Notes: generated by a model from the sequence alone, not told the origin. 64,000 bases of DNA from Octopus sinensis (GCF_006345805.1 NC_043002.1:70990001-71054000), one strand, 5' to 3'; positions 37,886-53,131 are shown, numbered from the stretch's first letter. Program-made: numbers and translations.

Positions 37886-39272
37886 ATATATATGTGTCTG
37901 TGTGTGTATGTGTGTGTGTATATATATATATACAGAGAGAAAGATACATATATAATACATGTATATATATATATTGGACCTTCTGTTCGATGTATCATAT
38001 TAAGCAGAAATGGTACTGGTTAGATCTATCCAGTTTTGTATACCTTCTGTTTTATCACGACTGGTTAGACTATTTGCATGCAGGAAATTCCAAATCCTTG
38101 ATTGATATCGTTAATTTAGTGCACAGTAGATGTGTTGGGTAATCTTCTTGTAGGTTCGATATAACTCTCTGACAAGAGAATGACAAACAAGCTTGGCATT
38201 CTATCGTAACATTCGTAGTGTAGACACAGGAATACTAGACATTCCCTTTTCACAAGTAAGCCATATCATTCGCTGTTCGAGAAAACGAAGTCTTATTTTA
38301 TGTCTTGCCTTCTCTTCCTCTATGATTTGTGCAAGTTCATGAATCTGGGAATCGAATCTGACAATTTTAGTGCACAGTTGCTTTCGGATATCTCAGGATG
38401 GTGCTTCCAAAAAGCTACAGATATTTAATCGGATTGAATATTACTCGGTTTGCACGGTTCGTCGAAGTCAGCATAGTTACTTGGGATGGGCGAGAGTTTT
38501 TAAAATGCTGTGGTTGTGTTCATCCGCGAAATAACAGAAACGAATAATCACTCAGAGTAGATTGGTTGGAAAATAAGGACCCTTTTCCAGAATTGAGACG
38601 TGAGTGGCACATAATCGAATTTAGCAGACGATAGCAAACACATTGAATGCGTATGATAGTGAGAAACGAAGCAGATAATAGTTCTTGGTATGTTAATAAT
38701 TGGACAGTAATGTTAATAGTTGTAGAGTTATTGAAACAGAATTCTATGTCTAATTGTAGGATTAAGTTAGAGATGTGCTTAATGTGTACGCGTGTATTTG
38801 TATTTGGCTTTGTGTACGCATAGATATGTACGCATGCCATGGCGTACGTGTGTTTGTGTTAGTGTGTGTGTTCGTGAGTGCGTATTGTGTTTACGTTGCA
38901 CCGACTCTTATCTACGAGTACTGTGTGGTCGTTCGTTTTATGCACAAAATTGATAAAGGCAATTAGTATTAACCGCTGTAAAACTGTAATGTAAATTAAC
39001 GATATTGTTGGTACATTAGTGCTGTCGACGAATTGATATCGGGTTAAGTAAGTGGTTAAATGGAAGGAGTTGAACTGAATGTTTCGCTGAATTGCTTTTA
39101 TTGATTGTCGATGTTCGATGTTTTATGATTTAGTTGATGGGTCAATGTTGCAAATGTAAAGAAAGGTGGGTCAGTTCTAAGTTGTAAATTGGTAGATACG
39201 CACACAGATGTACACACATATTCACGCATACACACATACACACTCATAAAAATTTGAACACATAAGTCCATG

Positions 39273-39335
<63 letters not shown>

Positions 39336-39371
39336 AAATACACACACACACATATATATAATATATATACT

Positions 39372-39590
39372 TTTATTCTTTTACATGTGTCAGGCGTTGA
39401 CTGCAGCGATGCTGGAGCAACGCCTTTAGTCGAACAAATGAGCCCCGAGACTTAATTTCTGCAAACCTCGTACTCATCCTATCGGTTTCTATTGCCAGAC
39501 TGCTAAGTTACGGGGACGTAAACACACCAACATTGGTTGTCAAGCGATGGTAGGGTTATAAACACAGACAGATAAATACACAGACCCACA
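39372..39590 (-). mobile_element. SINE family A, 3' half only
   Basis: Matches the tail half; ends in the (TA)n/(TG)n linker. Confidence 0.75.
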
Positions 39591-39600
39591 GACGCATAGT

Positions 39601-39646
<46 letters not shown>

Positions 39647-40460
39647 TATACATATATATATATGTGTGTGTGTGTGTGTGCGTGTGTGTGTGTATGTATA
39701 TATATGCATATATATATATAATATATATATATATATAATATATATATATATATAATATGAGGGAATATTATTCCAAACTTACAAGGAAAATTCAATTTAA
39801 AAATACTTAATCAAATTTCATAAAATATAATATATATTTATAAATTAGAAAAAAATATTTATTTTGAACAATTACATATTATAGAAAGATTAAATATAAG
39901 ATAAAACATATAACAATGATTAAGTAATGTGCAAAATAATAGATAAAACGAATATACTTGTTAGAATAATGACACGTGCTTCGTGGCTATATTTAAGAAA
40001 TGATAATAGTAATAATAATAGTAATAGTAGTAAAATCACTTCACTATATATATTAGTTATTTCTTAATATATAAATGATTATATATAATTCTATTAAGAC
40101 CTATTAGTTATAGAAATATATTTTAATTTAATATTATATGTATATGTTACGTAATAATTATTTGGAACTTAATTTATAGTAACTTGCCATTAGTAGTTAT
40201 TTTGTTACTCTATTTTTCTTTAATTCATGAAGCTTAAATATTTTTCGTTAATAAATATTTTTCGTCATTTTCATTGATAATTTTATTCAATTTTTTCCAC
40301 AACCTCTTCCCGAGTTTAATATCTTATAAACGCTAAGACCTACGTTTTTACGTTTAAAATTCAGTTATATTATTTTCATCGTGAAGCTAAGTAACGTTTT
40401 TTATATTTAGCAATATTATTTAACTTTTGAATTTTATTAAGTTTTATTATTATTATTATT

Positions 40461-41672
40461 ACTTTTTTTTCCTCTTTCAAATTTGCTTCCATTTCTTGCC
40501 GAGTGTCTTCCCGACTCCTAGGGCAAAGAAACTCATAGTATACATTGGTAGGCCATTAAACTAAACTCAATAGTTCGTTCATTTTAAAAATTTTTTTAAA
40601 GTTAAATTAAAATACATGGGTAGTAATAATTCTCACATCGACAATGCTCTTCTCAATACGTGTGATGTACCAGTTAAGATAGTCTTTTGCACTTCTTGCA
40701 GGGATGGTAAGCCAGGGATCATTCTCATATAATTTTCGGTTCCCTTCTTGATCATTCCTAGTGCTCCTTCGATCACTGGTATTGTAACCGCCTTGAGATG
40801 CCACATTTTCTCAATTTTAATGAGTAGGTCTTTATATTTTCTGAGCTTGTCAAACTCTTTCGCTGAGATATTATGATCACAGAGGATGCTCATGTCGATC
40901 AATAAGCAAACTTTATTGTTTTGGTCTTTCACCACAATATCTGGTTTATTGGCCTTGATGGTTCGGTCTGTATGTACTGGAAAGTCCCACATAATGGTTA
41001 CATTTTCTCCTTCAGTTACAGCCTCAGGGTGGTGATTATACCACTTGTCGGCAGTTTTGATATTGTAATGCCGACTTATTAGCCAGTGTAGATATTGGCC
41101 AACTCTGTCATGTCTTAATTTATACTCCACTGGTGCTAAGACTTTACATCCAGAGATTAGGTGGTCCACTGTTTCAATCATGTCGTTGCAGAATCGGCAT
41201 TTTGGGTCTGCTCCATTTTTCATCACATTGGCCTGGTAGTTCCGGGTTAATAGGCTTTGATCTTGAGCAGCCAGGATGAAACCTTCGCTCTCTGCTTTTA
41301 GCCCTGAGCTCCATAGCCACTGGATTTGCTTCTGGTCAACATCAGCTTGTTTGCTGCGGGCCACATATTTGCCGTGCAGAGGTTTCTCCTCCCACCTATC
41401 AGCCAATTGCTCGTGCGCTTTTTTCGTTGCCATTATTTTCACCTTTGCAACAATAGTTGCCATATTTCCCTTGGGTTGTTCAGTTTGGGTATCCTACACG
41501 AGATCAATAGCAAATGTTTTGCTTTCGTTTATGATAGAATGAAGCTTCTTTCGTCTCCCGTGATTTTCCACGAGTTTAGCATCCAGTCATTCGTTATTTC
41601 AAGATATTTGGCCAGTCCAATTGTGGTTGTTTTGTAAGCTACTTCAAATTGGATCAGGCCTCGACCTCCTTT
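40461..41672 (-). mobile_element. 5'-truncated R4/Dong-type retrotransposon (different subfamily) in (TAA)n
   Basis: ORF 40633-41463: KPLHGKY, AAQDQSL, CRFCNDMIETVDHLISGC, RHD, KPDIVV..LIDMS..KEFDKLRKY; begins at GGRGLIQ; (TAA)n at both junctions; 3' UTR unrelated to the 25.5-kb copy. Confidence 0.92.
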
Positions 41673-42095
41673 TTATTATTATTATTATTATTATCATTAT
41701 TATTATTATTGTTATTATTATTATTATTATTGTTGTTGTTGTTGTTGTTAAAATATTAATTTATTTATAATTTATTGATAATTATTAATTATGATATGTA
41801 TATCTATTTATTTATTATGTTTTATTATTATTTTTATAATGTCATATAACGTATTACATATAATTTAATTTGAGAATTAGTTTTGTAAGGCAATACATAT
41901 TTATAGCTTGTACTAACATTATGTATATTACTTAACATTAAGGTTTTTAATATTAATTACTTAATGAGTATAAGATTTTATTTAGATATTTATTAAATAA
42001 ATAAAATACTTAGTTAATAATTTAATTTAATGAATATAGTTTAAATTATAGTATTTAGTTTTCACTTAATGTATATTTTGTATCTTATATATATA

Positions 42096-42182
<87 letters not shown>

Positions 42183-42229
42183 TTAAATATTTGAATTAAT
42201 TTTATCGTATTTTTATCGATCGCATTCTC

Positions 42230-42382
42230 ACCTGGAATCGATTTTTTTAATTTGTTCAAGACTTATACACGTCCTGATACCGTCGGTATCTACATATCAA
42301 ATTTTAGCGTAATCGGGTGGAGGATGCCCGAGATTCTAGACGACACACAAACAAACAGACAGAACGGACTTTATATAATAGA
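42230..42382 (-). mobile_element. Helitron 5' terminal fragment
   Basis: Minus strand TCTATTATATAAAGTCCGTTCTGTCTGTTTGTTTG...CCGATTACGCTAAAATTTG. Confidence 0.5.
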
Positions 42383-42402
42383 TAACTCGATAGACAAACA
42401 TG

Positions 42403-42546
<144 letters not shown>

Positions 42547-45500
42547 TCTTCAATGCCATCTGCATCTCAGTGATGTTATCCCGAAGGAACAAGGGTCTGG
42601 CATTTGTTACTTGCAGATCTAATCAGATCCGTTGCAAATTTTTCGAGGCTGATTAGATCCAAGCAGTATAGTTTCCACATCATTTGGTACAACGAACAGA
42701 AGGTTAGTTCTGTATCTATTTACTGATGATGGGAATGCTGTTTTGTTCTCTAAATAACTTCTAAATAAATTTTCGTTGCGAGTATGAAGCAAATAGTAAA
42801 TATCAGTGAAGGTAAGTCTTTGATAAAGGCTGTTTCCAAATTGGTGGGTTAATGGCTTACTCAGTTTAAGAATAAAGAGGAAACACCACGGGTTTTCACA
42901 GAATCAGTTGAGGCTGAGCTGAGGTGATGTCTTTGTACATTGTGGAGTAAAATAAAGTCACCCAACGTTTAATTGATTATACTAAAAAGCTATGACCTAA
43001 ATATACCTCCCACGGACTGACACCTTAGAAACATTTCTAAACGAATTCCATTTCTCAAATTTTATTCATGAGTAATTATTTGGTCGAGCCTTATTAGTCA
43101 TTTACCCACGTAGCCACACACGTGATATTCAAAATTAGTTGAGTTAATTTACCCTGGTCAAATGCTCACAACAATGAACCCTATGATAAATTGCGGTTCA
43201 GTATTCCTTTTTGCAATGTGATCAGACGGAAAGGCATATTCTAAGTGGATGTGAGTATGATACAAAGTTTTGCCAAGAGATCTGCAATCCAGGTATGGTC
43301 AAATATTTTTCTCGTGTCAAAGACAACAACACTGTTTTTATGAAATTTCTCGAGCGCCAGCATCAGCTGGTGTGTAGCGTAGCGAATGAAATATCCCAAC
43401 CCTCTAGCTTTATGAGAGAGCCGTAGCGATGATCATTAAAGAAGGCGGCAAAAACTTAAGATATTATAAATGGCTATCGCCAGTGAAATATTTCAACGGA
43501 TGGTGATTGCAATGCGATCATTCTTTGGGATTGGATATATATTTTTTAAATATGCCTCTATAGCGAGGAAGGGGATCTGATATGTTTCTCAAAGGTTGAA
43601 TTGCTCTGCATTAATTAAAGAATCATTGTTAGAAATGGAGTACTCTATATTTTATTGTTTATGTTCAATGTGAATTTTACTGAACAATGAATTGCAAGTG
43701 TGGAGGATTTCTTTCTGAACGTTCTCCAAATCGAATAACTGTGAATATTCTGCAATGTTTGTAAAAATAATTTTGGCAAAGCACACGAAGAAAAAAAACG
43801 AATGGAAGGTTGAGAGGTGAGTGAAATTGTAAGCTGTCTTACTCGGGGAGGCGTGCATGGATGATGCTTTTTGTGTATCGCGACAGTGGAAGGAAGACGA
43901 ACGCTATCAATTTGGAGTGATTTTTCTCCAAGCCTTAGATATTGTCTTGCTTTTATCTGAACTACTATAGTGTAACCCTGATTGAAAAAATACAGCGTGT
44001 GTGCCTTAGCAGTTATTAGTGTTAGATGATTTAGAATGTGGAACAACATTGTGATTTCATGCCTAGCTAAAAGCATGCATTTTTGAAAAAGAAGTGAAAA
44101 ACGGTAACTTGTAATATTCATAACCCTCAGAAATACAATGTAAGAGATGAGAATGCGACAAAAGTTTGGACTGCATAGCAGACCTATTTCTCTGACACCC
44201 AACCTCTCGCTAAATAATTATTTTTTCCTTCGGCTTAAATCAAGTCAAACCAAAAGGCTTCAGGCAAGGTAATATATACAAACGGTGTGTTAAACAATAC
44301 ACTTTAATAAGTTACTTTCTACGTAAATAACACCTCTATTATCGATGTAGAGTTTTTTTCCCCGTGAGAGTATTCAGTGAATAATCTGCCTCTTCAGTGT
44401 TATATTTCCTCGTCATATTTCACAATCTTTGATCTCTAATTAACCATATTTTTGTGCAATGTAAACCAATATTTAAATTATCATCAATATTGCGGTTATT
44501 AATAAGAGCTAACATTATATTTTATCAAGCTAAGCTACTGTTGTAGCTACGGTGTGATTAAACCGGTATTGTGCTTTTATCTGCCGCACATTTCTTGTTT
44601 GTATATATTTTCTTTCTAACACCAATTAATATTTGAAGCGCATCGATAAAACTCTGACAAAACAAAGTCAATATCACCACAAATATTGATACAGTTGTGA
44701 TTAGTTGTGAGAACACATGAACCTGTTGTTGGGGATGGTACAATTGTTTTCTTTCTTTCCCGATTCGTAACCACACAATAATTATGCTATCGACATAAGC
44801 AACAATTATTCTGCAGGAGATTTTGAAGGGAATATTATATTCGTGCCTTTGCGCAGAAATACTAATTCAATACTGGGGAGATATGAAGCTGTGTAGTGAT
44901 TATATTTTCCTGAAAGGTATTTAACTGTAGCCAGAGAATTACAAATCAGGGTCAAATTCAAAGTTGTGAAATGTCTTCGTAGTAAGATTTTGAAGTGTCA
45001 CCGTGGATGAAGGCATTGATTTTTGTTTTGTGTTACGCATAACGCAAATATTATTTCTTCTAGAGAAGTATTTTTGATTAACTTCAGACCACCCAAACAT
45101 CAATACAGTATTCTGAACAATAAGATTCATTATAACTTGTATCTGATATAGTGACGTGAAACTACATACTGTAAGACATATTGTGTGAATATCTATCACA
45201 GATACAACACATTGATATTGGAATTTATTGATTTTTTTTTACCCTTCTTTCAAGTCCACAGTTAATAAGAAACAGATAAAAGTAAATGAATCACTAATTA
45301 CCCTGAAAATCATATCAATTAAAATCAATCAAATGTTTTCAAAATATCAGTTGGTAGCAGTAATCATTTAGATGCATTCGAACATGTAGCGACCCCTTAA
45401 TTTACAGATGGTTCGAGCTGATATTTGCATGACGACTATAATAATATTCGCAACAGCTCGTGTAAAATTTAAGTTGTAATATTATCATATTTAATATAAG

Positions 45501-46517
45501 TACAAGACCAGATATTTTGGCGAGGCGTGGAGTAAATAAGTCCACCCCAGTATTTGACTGGAATCTTACTTGATCGGGTTCTAAAGTATGAAAGATAATG
45601 GTGACTTTGTTGGGATTTGAATTCAAACGTAAAGACTCAGAAAGAATACCACACACAATATTATCGACAATAACAACTCTACTGGTCATATTCTTTAGAA
45701 TAAAACCAACAAATATTATGCACCAGAAACTAATGAGCAATGCCATTGTACTAACTACTAACATTTTAATAACTACAGGCAAAAATTATCCGTTCAGATA
45801 TTAATAGCCAATTCATTATTTAACTTCAGTTGGTTGTTACGCTAAAACGTACTGCGTTACACTTTCGAATTAAATTTGTATTTATCAGCCGATTTCCAGC
45901 TTATAACGCATCTACATTACTTACATGTCTTTTTCCGTAGTTTATTCACATTCCTCCTTCTAGAGACAACATTCTAAGATCTTAATTCTTTGCATACTAA
46001 TCAAATGTCTTCATAGTTTTATAATATAGGAAGAAATGATGATTAGTGTAGTTGAGAATCGCTCTCAATATCAAGAGATGACTGGACGAAATATTTTTGC
46101 TGCATTTATTAGCAGAAGAGCTATTAAAAACTAAAACATCATATGATGTGTAAGTAATTCAATGCAATATTGATGTGTTAATCATATATATGAACATGAA
46201 TTTGTTTCCAATACAAATTTCTGCTATGCCAAATGCGTTGGCAGTCACCGTATGTCATTCCATAAGTCTCTCAATAGTACTAACTCTGGATCATAAATGA
46301 TATGTCATTAATTCAATTTCTTGTGGTCGCAAGCAATATCGAATTCTAGAGAGACTGGACTGTAACAGATAGAAGTATATATACAAAGTAATTAATATAA
46401 GGCTGTAACTAGTTTATATCAAACAGCGTTGAGTGTAGTTAGGCTCGAAGCCCACAAGGTTGTCGATGTGGTTTCACTACAGTGTGAAACATTTCAGTAC
46501 GTTTCTCGCATGATTTA

Positions 46518-47037
46518 CCGTAAACCATCGAGTATAATCCGCATTTTTTCCCCAAAATATAAAAGTCAAAATCCCTAGTGCGTACTATATACGAGGTTAA
46601 AAATGAAAATTATTTTCTAAGCAATGTCCGAGTCTCTATTTGCTGTCCGGTAATGTTTATTCAGACGCATTTTGTGATGTCGGGCGAGAAAATACTTTAA
46701 GCTAGGCCTGAAAGCAATGAAGCCATAAAGGAATCATCCATAACTTGCAGTAAGCAACATTTATTAAATGTTATTGCTGTTATTACTGTTATTTATTTCT
46801 TTTCTGCAAACAAAATGCAGAAAAAAGCTACGTTTGCATTATGTTATATGTACAATAATAATAAAGGACGATAGCGTATACATTTGTATAAACCAAGGAC
46901 GTTATATAGACCTGCTTGACTCAAGTTAGAGACGGGGCGCGTATTATACACAAGGTTTAGGTTTTTCAGAGGTACAGACAGCTAAAAAAAAACCTGTGTA
47001 TTATATTCAAGGGCGGACTATACTCGAGGGTTTACTG
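46518..47037. mobile_element. Tc1/mariner-superfamily (pogo/Tigger-like) MITE
   Basis: TIRs CCGTAAACCATCGAGTATAATCCGC and GCGGACTATACTCGAGGGTTTACTG; TA duplication on both sides. Confidence 0.88.
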
Positions 47038-48419
47038 TACTTCCATTCACAAAATTGTGTGGAAGTCTTGGGTCTCAATATAAAGCTCATTTTAAGCTGA
47101 ATGTTAAAAATAACTTGGCCTCCCGAATATCATTGTACAGCGATATATTTTTAATACGCATCTTCTCAGCCGAGCAGTTATTGTGTGCCGAGGAGAGAAA
47201 TAATCCAGAAACCCCGGTCCACAGATATTGTTTTGTGCTGGGTGGCGGTGCTAAACTCCCCTGTTCTGGAATATAATGACACAGGTAGTGTGTCGTATAG
47301 CCAGCCGGAGACGGTGCTTCCTGGGGCTAAACAATAATAACATTCGTTCCAACTGGGACTGCCACATTATGTTGGCAAATAATCTTTACTTTAAAGTATT
47401 GTTACTGAATGTCTCTTGTTGAGAGATTTAGTAACAATAATGATTCTATTTAGAAAATATATTGTTTTGACATATTCGTGCATAACAAAAAACTAACGCA
47501 AAAAGTGCTATAATCAACAAAGTACAACTCACTTCCACATACATGAGAACATGCCCTCTTAGTCTCCTTTAGTAATACCAATGCAATGATTACTTATTTA
47601 AAAAATATTGCTTTGTAGTAGATTTTGTCTGCTCATGAATCACGAAGTGAACATTGAAGCATAAATCACATTCAATAGCTGCTAAACTGAAATCACTGTG
47701 CTTTATGCTGCTCTTTAATAAGCTCCTATGGTTATTTTCTGTGCAAAAAATGCTTGAGCTAAATGACCTATCGAAAATTTCTCAGAATTAATTCGATGGA
47801 CATTTGCTACCTTTAATAAATCTTGGATATTTTTTTATAGTTGTTAGTATTAGTTTATGATCAAAGGTATGTTACACTAAAAACTTAAGTCAAATTTTAA
47901 TGTTATGAGCACATTATATGTAGTGTATTTCGTATGTTTCTTCTGGGTAAGAAAATATTCCCGGTAAATTCATTAACTTCTCCAATGCTAAGTAAATTAC
48001 GATAACTAGAAATATTTGTTTTCCAGAGACACACTAAACAGCTTGCGAAGATCTAGAAAACTACAGTTTAAAGCATTTGGGCATTTTCAAGTAGACGTAT
48101 TGATTTCTACTGAGGGAAATGACCGATAGTTATAAATATAATAATATTTAGTAGTTCCATTTACAATAATTGAGGTAATGTGGTTTAAAGTTTAGAGTAA
48201 ATCTCAGTCATAATAAGAATGGAACTGTTTCACAAATAGAAGTAGTTTTTATTTTAAGAAGAATAAATCAAACTTACCGTATTTTGCCATAAAGGACGCA
48301 CAGGCATATCAGATGAGCCCAGATTTCAGCAGCACATGTTGAGAAAGGAAAGCTTTTCGTATAAGTCCTGGAGAGATTCTGTGAGACGTATCTTTGAAAA
48401 ACGTGCATTTTATATACTA

Positions 48420-48770
48420 CTAGCAGTATCGCCCGGCGTTGCTCGGGTTTGTTTCGACCCGCTGGAATTTTCAAAAGTAAAAATTTTGTGAACATTTTTC
48501 TGGTCGAAATACACCGAAAAGTGGCGACACAGCAGTGAAAAAATCGTAAAAAATAGGGATTTTCATAGAAAAAAGCATCTTTTTGATGTAAATAATTTTT
48601 GGTGTTAACATGGTCCGATTTGAATTTTATGTTCTACGGAAGGAAGAGCAACCCTTCTTCTATCATACTCTCAATTTTGGTCAACTTGCGCCGCAGGGTC
48701 TCGGAGGAGATAGTGTTAGTTGAAGGTTACCAAACGTGGCGCACGCAGACAACTTTAGCTTATATAGAGA
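48420..48770 (-). mobile_element. Complete non-autonomous Helitron
   Basis: Plus strand starts CTAGCAGTATCGCCCGGCGTTGCTCGGGTTT (reverse complement of the 3' end at 14991-15021) and ends TATATAGAGA (5' TC); A|T insertion. Confidence 0.88.
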
Positions 48771-49891
48771 TAACACACACACATTAATACACATACATAG
48801 ACACACACACACATGTATGTATGGATGTATATATGGGTACTTGTATCGCAGAGTGGTCCCGGTTGCGCACACGCGGATTCGCGCGTGCGAGCCAGACGTA
48901 GGTACTCGATACTCGATCGCCCTTAAATAATTACTTTTTTTTACAGAAACGCGAACGTATATAACGCGCAAAATTATTCCGTAGAATTTATCAAATTAAA
49001 TAACGCAAAATTAATATATTTTTTGAAATTGCAAATTATTTAGAATATAAAAATCTGGCTGCTATTTCTAGGTGCCTGAGTGACAACCTCGCGGATTTAC
49101 AGATAAATGAATTAATTACTATTTTACAGAATAAAATTAAATAATTCTTGAAAATTAATTAATATTAATATTTTTTGAACAAAGTAAATAATTTTTAAAA
49201 CTTAAATAATAGTTTTTTTTACACAAACGCGAACGGGGAAAAGGGGGTGGCAAATTCGATTTTTTTTTTTCGTTGAATGAATAGAAAAAATGTATAATAT
49301 ATGTTGTACATACCTAAATTTTTTCTTTTTCATGACATTGTAGCAAAATAGTAGTGAATTATATAAATACCAGCAGTACATTTTTTTTCTGGGGTATTTT
49401 TTTTCAACCTCGTCACATATTTGGCCCTTTCAATTTAAACAAAGTCTTAATTAAGCAATTACGGCAGCTTAGCAATGGTTTCAATACAGGCGTGACATCT
49501 GTATCTCAATTGTTCAAAATCCTTCAATTTTTTTCGCACGTGATGATTTCATAGTGAAAACTTTCAATTACGCGCGCTTAGAAGTACGCTCGCAAATTAA
49601 TACTACCAAAATTTTGAAGTTCGCGCTCCGCTTGTGTGTGTGTGTGTGCGTGCTTTAGGTGTACGTAGGTATGTGTTTTTTTGTGTGTGTGTCACTGAAG
49701 CCATACATACATATATACATACATAACCTCTCCCTCTCTCTTTTCTCTCTCAGTCACTCACTACAAAAAGTGAATAAAAAAAGTTCAGTTATTTCTGTCT
49801 TTCACTCTCTCTGTCTCTTTACACACACTAACAAAAGCACTTCACTTACACACCACACTTTCTGTGTCGCACAACCCATCAAACACACACA

Positions 49892-49929
<38 letters not shown>

Positions 49930-52514
49930 GCACGCACACATGTACATCAATGCTTTCGGAGTGAAATGTTAAAATATTGAGTTTTGTCGAATTTTGTCTT
50001 AATTGGGGGTGAAATTGAAAGAAATTTGTTATGGCATGACCGAATGGAGTACTTTGAAAAATCTTAGGTAAACTCTAATTGAAGAAATTGTGTGAGGAGT
50101 AAATCGTTATGTATTTATTTGTTTCTGTTTGCTGTGTTTTTTTATTTTTTGAGTAGTGGTTAAGGTACACTTGCAAAGAGAAAGTGGGAGAAATTATGTT
50201 GATAGCATGAGTGATCCGTTTTATAGAAATACTTTCAGTTTAGTCTTCCTCAAATCACTCTGTCGCTATTTACTCTCTTCCAAAAACATTTTCACTCACT
50301 CTTATCTCTTAGCTTGCCATACATTTTACTCATGTATCTATCAGCGTGATAGACAGAAACAAATATTACATCGCCATCGCCATCGCCATCGCATTCTATT
50401 GTCTACCTGTCAACACACACACAGTGAATTACTTTCACTTTATTCGTTGCACACTGTGTGTGTGCGTGTGCGTGTGGTGTAAACCACATTAAGAAAAGCA
50501 TTTGACATGCACACCAGAATGTGAGTTTTCTGTAAATTTTGCTTAATTGGAGTTTAAATTTTAAAAACTGGACCTGGCATGACCCGATGCATTCTACTCT
50601 TAAAAATGCTAGGTAAATTGTAATTGAAGAAATCCTATATTGTAGATTTCTATAACTGGCAAAGGGAGGCAGATAAAATCTGCATTTTATAATAAGAGAT
50701 GAAATACAGTAGTTTGATCTTAATTCGAAATGATGGAGAGAACGCCAACAAATTAGAAATGTAAATGCCTTACTGGGTAGTTTCATGTTCTCCTAAACGT
50801 AGGGGTAAGAATGACGAGAAGCTAATGAGAAACCGGCCCTTATTTCAGTACTTAAGTAACAAACCTTAGGAAAGATTATGAGGCCTTATTCCCGGGTTAT
50901 ACAATAGCAGAGTGAACATTTCCCATAATACTAATGTAAAATTTAGGGTTACATTTCAAAGAGATAAAGTAAAATAAAGGAGTCCTGGTTTTTCACTAAT
51001 GGATCCGATAGCATGCAGTTATCACTTTTGGATAGATTCATACTTTTGTTCTATGGTTAAAGTGCCACACCACACAACATGATGAAACGTTATTTCGATG
51101 TTACAAAGTAATTGACATTAAGTTATTGCTGTTATTTTTACTGCTGTTATTTTTACTGCTGTTATTCTTACGGCCAGTCTTATTCTGACAGTTGTTGCTG
51201 CATTAATCGGTATTTTTTTAGCTTTTCAGCATCAGTGTGTGTTTTAGTCAACCGATGTTCAAAGATGAACCAGATGTGATCTTTCCTTTTTTTAATATTT
51301 CTAGGAATACATTTGACTAATAGGAGATTGTAGGCTATTATTTCTATCGGCAAAATTTCATCCATTAGCACACCATACATCGCAAACAGAGCAGACTCAC
51401 CTAACAATGCGGTGAGTCCGGAGGACATTATAACTGAAAAGAAAATCTTCCACTCGCAGATCATGGCTGGAACGTTTTAATCATAGCAAACTTCAATCAG
51501 AATTAAACGTAGGCCCCAAACAACAAGAGAGCCTCTACAATGTTTCAGGACCTTTTAGAATCACCAGCCAAATCTCCACCGTATTACGCCTTTTTAAATA
51601 CTGAGAAAGAACATATTAGTTAATATAATCCTAGATTAACTTAAAACAAGATAGTCACTTCGGGAAAGCTTATGATCATAGGCCTGCTCAAAAGTGACTG
51701 ACCTAGGGGTAAAATATAGAATGTATACATAGGAGCCATCACTTCTTTGGTTTTATATTTATGCGATTGTTCCTGTGCTTATTGATTAGAAAAGATAAAA
51801 ATACTTAGCAGGAAATTCTCTTTTTTTTACATTCATTTTCGGCATTTTTATCATAGACTGATGATCTACAACAGCAACAAGAACAACAATATAAAAGGCT
51901 AACTAGTAATCACTTGGCAATGTCTACAGAAATATATAAGTTTGTTTCTCTGATTAGTTGGCTTGGTCAAAAATAAAGCATGGATAACAAGGAAAATCAA
52001 AGAGAACCAAAGAGGGTGGAAGAAGAAGAGGGAAAAGAAAATATGTGTGTGAGCGAGAAAGAGAGAGAGGGAGAGAAAGGGTGGCAATAGGAAGAGAGAT
52101 AGAAGAGTACACGTAGGGTGGTTGATGGTTTTATAAATATGAAGACAAATTTTGAATGTATGAGAGAGAGGGGTGGTGGAAACGAGACAGACAGACACAC
52201 AAACATAGACAAGAGAAAAATATAGAGAAAAGGAAGGCTAAGAAGGGAGAATGAAATGCAGAGAATGAATGGCTGAAACAAGGTTATGGTAAAAGAGGTG
52301 TGTTTTTTTTTTGGCGGAGAGGAACGAATTATTAAATATCAATTACAAAAAAGGTACAGGCTTTATAGATAATCTATATAAAAATGTATATGTATGTGTG
52401 TGTGCGTGCGCGAACGCACACGCGCGTATGTTGTTATATAAATTTTATATATATGTATGCATAAATTTATACATATATACATTCACACACATACACTCAC
52501 ACACGTATATATAT

Positions 52515-52618
<104 letters not shown>

Positions 52619-52665
52619 AGATATATATATATATATATATTTGCATTATACTCATATATATATAT

Positions 52666-52889
52666 TCTCTTTTACTTGTTTCAGTCATTTGACTGCGGCC
52701 ATGCTGGAGCACCGCCTTGATAGTCGAGCAAATAGATCCCGGGACTTATTCTTTGTAAGCCTAGTACTTATTCTATCGGTCTATTTTGCCGATCCGCTAA
52801 GTGACGGGGACGTAAACACACCAGCATCGGTTGTCAAGCAATGCTAGGGGGACAAACACAGACACACAGACACACAAACACACAGACCG

Positions 52890-52952
<63 letters not shown>

Positions 52953-53131
52953 TATATATATATATATATTCATATATACGACAGGTTTCCGTCGACCAAA
53001 TCCACTCACAAGGCATTGGTCGGCCCGGGGCTATGGCAGAAGACACTTGCCCAAGATGCCACGCAGTGGGACTGAACCCGGAACCATGTGGTTGGTTAGC
53101 AAGCTACTTACCACACAGCCACTCCTTCGCC
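52666..53131 (-). mobile_element. SINE family A, full length
   Basis: Reverse complement of the consensus from tail to GGCGAAGGAGTGGCTGTGTGG head. Confidence 0.9.

Noticed and set aside
39970-40075. Long-stem hammerhead-like motif (CGAAGCACGTGTC on minus with an AT-rich inverted repeat)
   Set aside because: No CUGAnGA core and GAAA is mutated.
43645-44202. 185-aa minus-strand ORF
   Set aside because: No recognisable domain, non-ATG start and random-like composition.
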